Sequence record: NC_028950.1 | Length of the DNA stretch: 64,000 nt | Reading direction: 5' to 3' (one strand) | Part shown: positions 36,988 to 45,051 of the stretch, one piece after another | How positions within the stretch are numbered: position 1 is the stretch's first letter | Layout of the letters: each line of letters begins with the position of its first letter | The notes under the pieces: model-generated | Database searches by the model: none | What the model was told of the DNA's origin: nothing | What the model saw: the letters and a program-made list of their open reading frames with translations, nothing else | Made by a program: the position numbers and the translations under genes

Positions 36988-37497
36988 TTAAAGTTCGACG
37001 AAGTCGACTTTGGGACCATATCTCAATCCACCACTCCATTCGCTACTGTCGCGCAGCTTGCCGTGAATGGTGGAACGGATAATGCTTTCGCGTTGGGATT
37101 TGCTGTAGTAGAGACGAGGAATGTGCATGTCGCACTCTACAGCGATATTGTCGACGGACACCAGCACTTTGACCGGCAGCATGTGATCATGACGGCCCAT
37201 GTTGTCACGATCATTCAGCGCTTCAGCAATTTTCAAGAAGGTATTGCGCTGATTCGTGAGATAGTCATAGGCCGGATCAAACGGACCGCAGTCTTGTGCC
37301 AGCTGGTCGCCTTCATTGACGAGTTTCATGCACTCGTCGTAGGAAATGGGGCCGATGGTTTTTAACCACAACGGAAGCATCATCTCGGCACGACGCTTCA
37401 ATCTTTCACTACCCTGAGCCCGATCCTCCATCAGGTCTTTCAAAGTGGCTTCGCGTTTTTTCGCGATTTGGTTTTCTAGTTCTTGACGGGAAAGCAT
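36988..37497 (-). CDS. Hypothetical protein (169 aa)
   Basis: Tightly packed operon; AAGGG RBS. Confidence 0.7.
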   Translation of the reverse strand: MLSRQELENQIAKKREATLKDLMEDRAQGSERLKRRAEMMLPLWLKTIGPISYDECMKLVNEGDQLAQDCGPFDPAYDYLTNQRNTFLKIAEALNDRDNMGRHDHMLPVKVLVSVDNIAVECDMHIPRLYYSKSQRESIIRSTIHGKLRDSSEWSGGLRYGPKVDFVEL

Positions 37498-37499
37498 TT

Positions 37500-38189
37500 T
37501 CAGCCCTTGTAGAGTTGGAACAGCTCGACAATCAGTTCCCGCTCCTCGATATCGCCCATCTCGAAGTCATTGTAAATCGACGATGCATCCATGTAGAGAT
37601 CATGGACGTTACGATTCACATGCATGCGCTTGCCTTTCATGGAAAGCGCGCAGACATCCGGGACTTCTTCACCCTGCATCGCCATCAAGAGACGGCCGTT
37701 GACGGGGTGTTCGTAAATCGAAAGCGGTTCCAGTTGAGTCAGTACATCCATGCCAACAACGATCTGCATCTCACTGCTTGCAGCCCGAGCACGCTGCACT
37801 GCCATGACACTCAGGCCCAACTGCTTGAACAGCGCAAGCTTGTCATACTGACGCAGATAATCGAAGACGCCTTTCATCAGCACGCTTGCTGCGGAATTAT
37901 TCGCAACAAACGCCATTGCTTCGAAGCTATCCGTCGACGGATGGATAAACAGATGTTGAAGCGGCACGCCGTAGAAGTGCGATTTCCATTTGCTCTGATC
38001 TTCCTTAACGAAAGTAGAGCCGAACGGACCGACGTGAATGAATTCCCGAAGCAGGAAATCGACGAGATGATTGAGTTCCTCGTCTTTAGGTGCATCGGGA
38101 GAACGCATGAACCAGAAGTCGGTGGAACGGAAATTGATTTCCCCTTCCATCTCATCGTAGCGTTCTTTGTGTTCAGAACCTAACAGCAT
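37500..38189 (-). CDS. Hypothetical protein (229 aa)
   Basis: GGAGG RBS. Confidence 0.7.
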   Translation of the reverse strand: MLLGSEHKERYDEMEGEINFRSTDFWFMRSPDAPKDEELNHLVDFLLREFIHVGPFGSTFVKEDQSKWKSHFYGVPLQHLFIHPSTDSFEAMAFVANNSAASVLMKGVFDYLRQYDKLALFKQLGLSVMAVQRARAASSEMQIVVGMDVLTQLEPLSIYEHPVNGRLLMAMQGEEVPDVCALSMKGKRMHVNRNVHDLYMDASSIYNDFEMGDIEERELIVELFQLYKG

Positions 38190-38269
38190 AGGCCCTCCAT
38201 TTAAATAGCCAACTTATTAGTGCTGGCGTTAGAAAAAAAGATCCCATCGTACTGACTGGGATCGAATGC

Positions 38270-38926
38270 TTAGTGCCCGCCCGCCATCTCGTGGATGATC
38301 TTGAGCGTTTGCAGACCGCTGGTCTTGCCGATCATGAAGCTCGATTGCGGACGACCCGGCGGGATGATGACTTCATCGCACACCTTGTCATACGGAAAAC
38401 CGAACATTTGGGCCATCATGACCAGGTCGTGTGTATTGCCCTGACGCCAGTCGGGTTCCATGCGGTTGGCGAGTTTGCTACCTTCGATGCCGGAAACCAT
38501 ATCGATGGCATAACCGACATTGTTCGAGTTCACGGTCTTCTCGTAGTACACTACGTTCAGGCCGGGGTAAGCGACTGCGAGGAAAAGCAGCCTTTCGTTG
38601 GGTTTGTCGAACAGGTTGATCGTCGAGCATGGCGGCACGGGAGTACCATCCATCTGCACGAACATCGCATGAACGAGGCGTCCATAATACTCCTCCAAAT
38701 TCTCCGTCTTCTCCGTGAAGATGAGATCGTTGGTATCCATCGTGGATTCCGGGAAATGCATCGCGCCCGTGAAATCCGCGCAGGACGTACCTGCCTGAAA
38801 GACCGCACGAATATCGGAGGTTTGCTCACCGTATGCGTTGATCAGATACTTGGCAGACTCCTGAACCATCTCAGCAGGAACGGAATCGACGCGGAAGATA
38901 TTGACTTGTGAAAGCTTAACCGACAT
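38270..38926 (-). CDS. Hypothetical protein (218 aa), paralog of the C-terminal domain of 38996..39952
   Basis: Shared PG(L/M)NV...MEP(D/A)W...FGF(P/E)YD...EV..P motifs. Confidence 0.75.
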   Translation of the reverse strand: MSVKLSQVNIFRVDSVPAEMVQESAKYLINAYGEQTSDIRAVFQAGTSCADFTGAMHFPESTMDTNDLIFTEKTENLEEYYGRLVHAMFVQMDGTPVPPCSTINLFDKPNERLLFLAVAYPGLNVVYYEKTVNSNNVGYAIDMVSGIEGSKLANRMEPDWRQGNTHDLVMMAQMFGFPYDKVCDEVIIPPGRPQSSFMIGKTSGLQTLKIIHEMAGGH

Positions 38927-38957
38927 TTTACAACCCCCCTGAATTATGAAAAGAAAA

Positions 38958-38973
38958 AGGCCCCGAAGGGCCT
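38958..38973 (-). terminator. Intrinsic terminator (UUCG loop, U-tract)
   Basis: aggccc-cgaa-gggcct preceded by an A-run on the plus strand. Confidence 0.65.
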
Positions 38974-38995
38974 CTTGTACTACGATTGCTGCGAA

Positions 38996-39952
38996 TTACG
39001 CTTCGAGCGCCATGCGTTGCTTCTTCATGAAGCGGTGCGAGGCATTGAGTTGAAACTCGATGTTCGACACGAACAGGTTCTGCTTGCGCTCACGCGGCAT
39101 GTAGACCTCGTTCTTGCTACGATCGTACTCGAAGCCGAACAGACGGCAGGCCATGACGAAGTCGTACATGCATCCTTCCGACCATGCCGGTTCCATGCCG
39201 ATGTAGTCACGAGCACCGGTGGCGTCGGTCGTGCAGACCAGCGTACCGCCGAAGCCATTTTCCGTGAAGCTGAAGCGATCGTGAATGATCACATTCATGC
39301 CCGGCTGCAGCACCACGATGTAGAGACGACGATGCGTCTTTTCATCCAGGAAGCGAACCGTCTTGCCTGCCGTAACCTTCTGACCTTGCTCGTCGAGGAA
39401 CACAGCTGCAGCCAGCGGGTCGTAGTAACCCATGCCGGTGCCGATGTCCTCGCCTTCGACAGCTGCCATGTCGAATTCGTAGTTGGCTTGTTGCAGGCCC
39501 ACTGCGAAGAGGTTGTTCAGGCTGGTGATCTTCTCGCGACCTTGATCGCGGTTGTTGCGCATCGATGCGACAACGTCTTCTTCGGTGATGGTCTTCACCA
39601 CCACGTTCAGAACGTCGAGATCGATGTTAACGCGGCGGCTGATCGTATCTTCTTCGATCTTGATTTCAGCCGGGGGTGCTGCGAGTTCTTGCTTGTCCAT
39701 GCTCTTCTCCAGAAGTTCATTACGGGTGTCTTGCAACAACATCCATGCGTCGTTGTCCGAGACATTCTTGGTAAGTTCGATCTTACCTTGATTCATGAGA
39801 CCCGTCAACGTTTCGAGGATCTCTTCTTCAGTCGCCACAACTGCCTGGCGTGCCACCTTGTGCTTGATGGCGGCGAGCGTGCAGCTGATTTCTTGACCCT
39901 CGTTGAACAGGGCGTTGATGATAGCGACTTGCAGGCTGATTGCGTTGTTCAT
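38996..39952 (-). CDS. Hypothetical protein (318 aa): N-terminal winged-helix-like domain plus a domain shared with the downstream gene
   Basis: GGAG RBS; EEILETLTGLMNQGKI...W motif; paralogous C-terminal domain. Confidence 0.75.
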   Translation of the reverse strand: MNNAISLQVAIINALFNEGQEISCTLAAIKHKVARQAVVATEEEILETLTGLMNQGKIELTKNVSDNDAWMLLQDTRNELLEKSMDKQELAAPPAEIKIEEDTISRRVNIDLDVLNVVVKTITEEDVVASMRNNRDQGREKITSLNNLFAVGLQQANYEFDMAAVEGEDIGTGMGYYDPLAAAVFLDEQGQKVTAGKTVRFLDEKTHRRLYIVVLQPGMNVIIHDRFSFTENGFGGTLVCTTDATGARDYIGMEPAWSEGCMYDFVMACRLFGFEYDRSKNEVYMPRERKQNLFVSNIEFQLNASHRFMKKQRMALEA

Positions 39953-40024
39953 GTTGTTCTCCAGAGAAAAGAATTGTGGCGGATCCGACCATTCGGATCC
40001 ATTGGGGAGTTTTACTTCTACTAC

Positions 40025-40249
40025 TTAAACCGCTGCTTGGAAAGTCAGCGTGTTGATCTTACCAGCCTTGAACAAAGCGCGTTCGATGCGCATCATGCGC
40101 TTGTCGATCGTCTTGCTCAGAGCTTGGAAACCGCCGAGGCTGATGCCCGATTTGCGTGCTACTTCCTTAGCTGCCTTAGCTGCTTCGAGCTTAGCGGCCA
40201 GCTTGTTGATACGTGCGTTGAAAGCGATTGCCTTGAGGATCTTATTCAT
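40025..40249 (-). CDS. Small basic Lys/Ala-rich early protein (74 aa)
   Basis: AAGGAG RBS; first gene after an early-promoter-like motif. Confidence 0.75.
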   Translation of the reverse strand: MNKILKAIAFNARINKLAAKLEAAKAAKEVARKSGISLGGFQALSKTIDKRMMRIERALFKAGKINTLTFQAAV

Positions 40250-40326
40250 GTTGTTTCTCCTTGGGTACTAAATTTTGGCCATGCATTAAAAGGTTATTCA
40301 GGCTTCATTGCTGAATGTCACCCGAG

Positions 40327-40348
40327 TTATATATAGTTGAAAATCTTT
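40327..40348 (-). promoter_or_regulatory. Early (virion RNAP) promoter-like motif
   Basis: Minus strand AAAGATTTTCAACTATATATAA. Confidence 0.6.
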
Positions 40349-40369
40349 GGAATGAGATTTTTTACAGCA

Positions 40370-40411
40370 AAAAAAGATAGCACTCTCCAGGGGCCGAAGC
40401 CCCTGGAGAGT
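40370..40411 (-). terminator. 13-bp hairpin (UUCG loop) with downstream U-tract
   Basis: actctccaggggc-cgaa-gcccctggagagt right after the helicase stop. Confidence 0.8.
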
Positions 40412-40414
40412 ATG

Positions 40415-42025
40415 CTATAAACCTAATGTTGCGGTATGGTGCATTGTCGTGGAGATCAACGCCCGATCCTTCAGCAAGTCTTTCTTGGACTTGTGATAAG
40501 CCATGTGCTTCGTAATGTTCATGCACGCAAAGTACACAAACGTCGGAACACGATCGGAACCGTAAAGCTTCTTAAGATCACGTAAGCGACCCAAAGCTTG
40601 CAGGTTAGATTGAATCGAATCGATAGCAACCGTCATGATCACTGTCGTCAGATTCGGGATATCGATAGCAGTGCCGGCCTTTTGCAAGGTAGCAAAGATG
40701 ATGTCAGCGCCAAGCGCATCAATCAACGAATCCCCCTGGTTGTATTTCGCCAACTTCAGTTCAGGCATCAACTGCTTGTAGTACATCATCGCATCTTCGC
40801 ACATCTTTCGAGTTGCAAAGTAGATGAGGCACTTCTCGCCTTCTTTTCTTTCGAAGAAATACGTCTTACGCATCACATCGTAAATCATCAAGTAATACTG
40901 CTTGTACAACTTACTTGATCGATGCAAAGACTTCTCGAACTCCACATGCGAATACGACGTTCTTCCCCGTGCCGTTGTTTTAAGACGACGCGGTTCATGA
41001 ATATCGAACATCCATGCAACAGAGCGAATGTACTTCCTGTACTCAGGCACACGCATCCGATTCTTATCCGGATACGCCATCTGGTACATGTCCATGATGA
41101 ACTGGTTACGATTCACCAGAGTCGCAGACAACGAAAGAGACTGCTCGACGTGACAATACAAATCGAACAGGAAGTTGGCATGAAAGTCCTGGTGCGTTTC
41201 GTCAATGATCCGGAAACCAAAGCCGCACGCTTGCATGAACTCCCACGGATAGATTCTGAAGCCAGGAACATATTCGCCGGGTGGCAACTTCTCCTGCTCC
41301 GTAATCCAGTTACGCATTGTGGCATTTGAGATCAGTACGATAGACGGCTCCAACCATCCATCCATAAGACCGTTAATCAACCACTGCAATCTCGCAGACC
41401 CACCATCATTCTTTTCTCCACCGATGGTCACAATCTGCGTTGGTGCGATCTCGCACTGCTTATTGATATCGTCAACCCACTTATCCAGGTAACCTGGCTT
41501 CATGAATCCGACGGTTCTCAATCCCCAATAAGCAGCGGCGAACAGCGACAAAGCTGATTTACCGCCACCAGTCTGGAGACCCAGCAATTTTGAAACGATC
41601 TCAGGGTTCTTCAGCTGCTCCAGAATGTCAACCTGTTCCGGGAACGGCTTAAAGAAATCCTTGATCTTGATCTCTACCTTTGCCGATTCATAGACCGGCT
41701 CAATTGTGTAAGTTACATCCTCAGGTCTGGCGCCTGCTCGCTCCAGGATTTTCTTGAAGTCGGGCAAGCTGTTGATGTGAAAACGGTACTCCAGATCGGG
41801 ATGATTCCAATCTGTTTCGAGCGGAGGATCGTTTAGACTTGTTCTTGTCGGCGGGGAAGAGTAGGAATCTTTGTAGTCGAGGTACTTCTCACCTCCAGCT
41901 TCTTCCCAGTCCCAATACTCGAACCAGGAAGCAAATTTTCCCACGATCTTTCGCGCCGCCGGGGACTCTTCGCCAAACTTCACCGTATAGTGATGGCTAA
42001 AGATCCGGACGTTTAGCTTACTCAT
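40415..42025 (-). CDS. SF2 (UvsW/DEAD-like) helicase (phiKZ gp75-like)
   Basis: Walker A LQTGGGKS, IIDETH, LSLSATL, GTAIDIPNL, QALGRLR; start taken at ATG 42025. Confidence 0.9.
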   Translation of the reverse strand: MSKLNVRIFSHHYTVKFGEESPAARKIVGKFASWFEYWDWEEAGGEKYLDYKDSYSSPPTRTSLNDPPLETDWNHPDLEYRFHINSLPDFKKILERAGARPEDVTYTIEPVYESAKVEIKIKDFFKPFPEQVDILEQLKNPEIVSKLLGLQTGGGKSALSLFAAAYWGLRTVGFMKPGYLDKWVDDINKQCEIAPTQIVTIGGEKNDGGSARLQWLINGLMDGWLEPSIVLISNATMRNWITEQEKLPPGEYVPGFRIYPWEFMQACGFGFRIIDETHQDFHANFLFDLYCHVEQSLSLSATLVNRNQFIMDMYQMAYPDKNRMRVPEYRKYIRSVAWMFDIHEPRRLKTTARGRTSYSHVEFEKSLHRSSKLYKQYYLMIYDVMRKTYFFERKEGEKCLIYFATRKMCEDAMMYYKQLMPELKLAKYNQGDSLIDALGADIIFATLQKAGTAIDIPNLTTVIMTVAIDSIQSNLQALGRLRDLKKLYGSDRVPTFVYFACMNITKHMAYHKSKKDLLKDRALISTTMHHTATLGL

Positions 42026-42095
42026 CGTGCAAAAAACCCCATAGGCATAGCTCAAAGGATTGGGCTACTGTATGTTTTATCGAGGTTCGATTAGA

Positions 42096-42126
42096 AAAAA
42101 TAATGGAGAGACCGAAGTCTCTCCAT
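42096..42126 (-). terminator. Intrinsic terminator (UUCG loop, U-tract)
   Basis: atggagagac-cgaa-gtctctccat preceded by an A-run. Confidence 0.75.
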
Positions 42127-42132
42127 CTACCA

Positions 42133-42945
42133 TTACTGCGTCAATTCGGCAATGCTGCGTTCACCAGACTTACCATATCCGTTCGCATAAAACTGCTTAA
42201 CGAACGCATGAAGCTTTTCATCTTGCCGCATCGCTTCACGCAAAGACAACCAGCCTTCATTCTGATAGACCCGCTGGATCTTCAGCTGGAAAGGTTGTGA
42301 CTTGATGTACAGCATGGACTCGCCGGTCGGATCGTTATACTGAACAACGTCCATCGGCGTACCACCTACGGCCCACGACACACGAATCGTGTTCATGTCC
42401 GGATAGTAGTTCAGCGTTCGAGGCGTATTATAGATCGTCGGATTGGGAACCCCATCGTCATCATGGAATCGAGTATAAACGCCAAAGCGTTCATACTGAT
42501 AGTCGTTCTCGCGAAGCACATCATGGATATCACATCCGCCGAAATGCCTGTACGCTCCTTCGATCAGCATGAGTTCGCTGTCAGCAAACACCGTCGTCGG
42601 ATCGTACTTCTTTTCCTCACCTCGCATCGAACGATAAAGAGGACGAAGGTACATATGCGCGAGATAAACTTTACGCAATCCTTGGACAACCCTTAACAAA
42701 GAACCCCATCCTGCATCGACCATGTGAATGGGAATGGAAGTCTTTCGACCCTGTGCTACTTGAACGGGGACATCGATGGTGCGGGCATCACTGCCGATGC
42801 GGTAGCCGTCGAGATCATTCTTGTAGGACAGATAAAACTGCACTCTTTCTGCAGCTTCGTGGGTCAGAAATACTCCAGTTCGACCTTCTTTCGTTTCAAA
42901 CGTATCGAAGATCTTGCACGACATAACTGCATTTTCCATTTTCAT
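42133..42945 (-). CDS. Hypothetical protein (270 aa) inserted between the nvRNAP beta' gene and the helicase
   Basis: Start moved to ATG 42945 (GGAG RBS). Confidence 0.7.
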   Translation of the reverse strand: MKMENAVMSCKIFDTFETKEGRTGVFLTHEAAERVQFYLSYKNDLDGYRIGSDARTIDVPVQVAQGRKTSIPIHMVDAGWGSLLRVVQGLRKVYLAHMYLRPLYRSMRGEEKKYDPTTVFADSELMLIEGAYRHFGGCDIHDVLRENDYQYERFGVYTRFHDDDGVPNPTIYNTPRTLNYYPDMNTIRVSWAVGGTPMDVVQYNDPTGESMLYIKSQPFQLKIQRVYQNEGWLSLREAMRQDEKLHAFVKQFYANGYGKSGERSIAELTQ

Positions 42946-43031
42946 TTTAAAACACTCCACTACGGATTTACGCCCCCAAAATGGGAGCAAAGGGAACAGC
43001 CGCTTTAACCCGCGGCTAAAGGTCACTACAT

Positions 43032-45038
43032 TTACACCCTGGGCAGCAACTCCGGGTTCAGGATCGCATCGAACGGATGGTCCGGGCGATTCTTCACGAT
43101 GAATGATTCCACCGAGGAGAAGATGATGGTGTGCTTCTCGAAAGCCATCGTACTGCCAAGACTTCGCATTGCCATTGCTCTCGACATAACGCCGATACCG
43201 CGCTTACTCCATGGCTTAGGCAGGCTATAGTCGCCATACTTCGCAGAACGGATCGAGATACCATACACCGCAACTTCGACCTGTGCCATGTTGATGGTCA
43301 GTTCGCTATTGAGGAGTTCGTACGTATCGATCAGGAATGCATCCACATCGGTGAACTGATCGCGGATTTCTTCCTTCTTCACTTCCGACTCAATGTGGGA
43401 TTTGAAGCCCAACGAGAAGTCGATCAGCGAATCGTTCTTCATCGGCACGAACGCAAAGGGCTTGCGATAATCCCAGTTGCTCATGTCGATCACGAAGTTG
43501 TTCTTGTCGTCAATCTCCCAGTACTGCTCCTTCACATACTTCAGCATGTCATGACTGAACGACGCCATGCGTTTGCCGGTGCCGAGGATGAACGGGCGAC
43601 GGTCCACATACTCGACCTTGCCTTTATGTTCGATCTCCAGAGCCATCGAGCCGATTTCCGTAATACGACCGATAGAAACACGATCGATGTCGGTGAGATA
43701 CATCACGTCGGTCAACGATTTTCCTTCGTCGTGACTGATGATCATCTTGTAATTCAGGCCCTTCAGGTTCTCCGTGAAGTAATACGAAATACCATCGCGA
43801 CCAACTTCGAGGTACTGCGCATCTTCTTCGGCGACTCGCAGCTTTTGCACAACGCTGTTAGCCAGGTAATGCTTCTTCGACAACTGACGCTGAATGATGA
43901 ACGCGTACAGGTCGGTGGTCATCAGCTGACCGAGGTTGGTACGTTTGGGGATCGTCAAGCTGATTGCGCCCAGACAGCTTTCACACACCCCATTCGGATC
44001 GGGATGAGCGCAATGCAAAATGCTGCGCATGTGAATGATTTTCCCGATCAGATGCTCATCGGTACTCTTCAATTCATACAGCGTTTCCGTCGGATCTTCA
44101 GGGAGCATGTAATACTTGCCCTCGTTCAGTTCCAGATCGCTTGCGGTCAGATCGTTCGTCTCGCGGATCTTGTACGGAATGAATCCCTTCGTACCACAGT
44201 CACCAGGATGCACGTTCATCAGGATCTCGTTCAAGATCTCCTGACGCCGTGACTGATACACCGCATCTTCCAACTCAGCTTTGGTAGCTTCGATGGCTTG
44301 CGATGCCTTGCGCGACTCGACCATGTTGTCGTACAGACTCCGATGGCCGTCGGTATAATTCGACATCAGCGGATACTTGAAGATCTCACCACCCAGATCC
44401 TCAATGTAACCAGTCGGCGCAATTGCTTGCACCAGCTGATTCGTCTTGATGACGCCCGCTCGCGCCATGCGAACCGCACGGTTGTTCATGATCTCGGGGT
44501 TGGTGGACTTCGAGATCAGTTTCGTAATGCCTTGAGTCGTTCCCAACACCGACTCTTCCGTGGGTCGCATCTTTTCCAACAGATCGGCGATCTCGGGCAC
44601 CTTGAACAACTTGATGACATCCTTGATGGACACGGTCGAAACCGATGTGCCCATCTTGACTGCCAGCAGATTGTACATGACATTCCCATACTCGTAAAAC
44701 TCTTTGGTGAGTTCTTCGAGCAGGTCGTAGTCACCGAAGCGTCCGGTCTTCTTGTACGCTTCGTAGATGTCCCAATGGATGATGTTCAACAAGTCCATGT
44801 GCATGTTCTTGTGGAACGTCTTCTTCGCCATCGAGTTGGAGATATGATGGCGCTTCTTCAACGGGATCGGACGCTTGCGAATCCAATCCCACATCGGCAT
44901 CGTGAAGTTGGTCTCACGATCGTTGGTGAGCAACTGGCCGTCTTCGAACTCCAGATAAAACTCACCCGTCAATACTTCGCTGAGCTGCCGATGGGAATAC
45001 TTCAGCAGATCCTCGGCTGGAAAGATAATGTCTGACAC
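43032..45038 (-). CDS. Non-virion RNAP beta' subunit, C-terminal part (phiKZ gp74-like)
   Basis: HPGDCGT; RSILHCAHPDPNGVCESCLG (Zn site); QRQLSKKH. Confidence 0.9.
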   Translation of the reverse strand: MSDIIFPAEDLLKYSHRQLSEVLTGEFYLEFEDGQLLTNDRETNFTMPMWDWIRKRPIPLKKRHHISNSMAKKTFHKNMHMDLLNIIHWDIYEAYKKTGRFGDYDLLEELTKEFYEYGNVMYNLLAVKMGTSVSTVSIKDVIKLFKVPEIADLLEKMRPTEESVLGTTQGITKLISKSTNPEIMNNRAVRMARAGVIKTNQLVQAIAPTGYIEDLGGEIFKYPLMSNYTDGHRSLYDNMVESRKASQAIEATKAELEDAVYQSRRQEILNEILMNVHPGDCGTKGFIPYKIRETNDLTASDLELNEGKYYMLPEDPTETLYELKSTDEHLIGKIIHMRSILHCAHPDPNGVCESCLGAISLTIPKRTNLGQLMTTDLYAFIIQRQLSKKHYLANSVVQKLRVAEEDAQYLEVGRDGISYYFTENLKGLNYKMIISHDEGKSLTDVMYLTDIDRVSIGRITEIGSMALEIEHKGKVEYVDRRPFILGTGKRMASFSHDMLKYVKEQYWEIDDKNNFVIDMSNWDYRKPFAFVPMKNDSLIDFSLGFKSHIESEVKKEEIRDQFTDVDAFLIDTYELLNSELTINMAQVEVAVYGISIRSAKYGDYSLPKPWSKRGIGVMSRAMAMRSLGSTMAFEKHTIIFSSVESFIVKNRPDHPFDAILNPELLPRV

Positions 45039-45051
45039 GAATTAACCTTCC

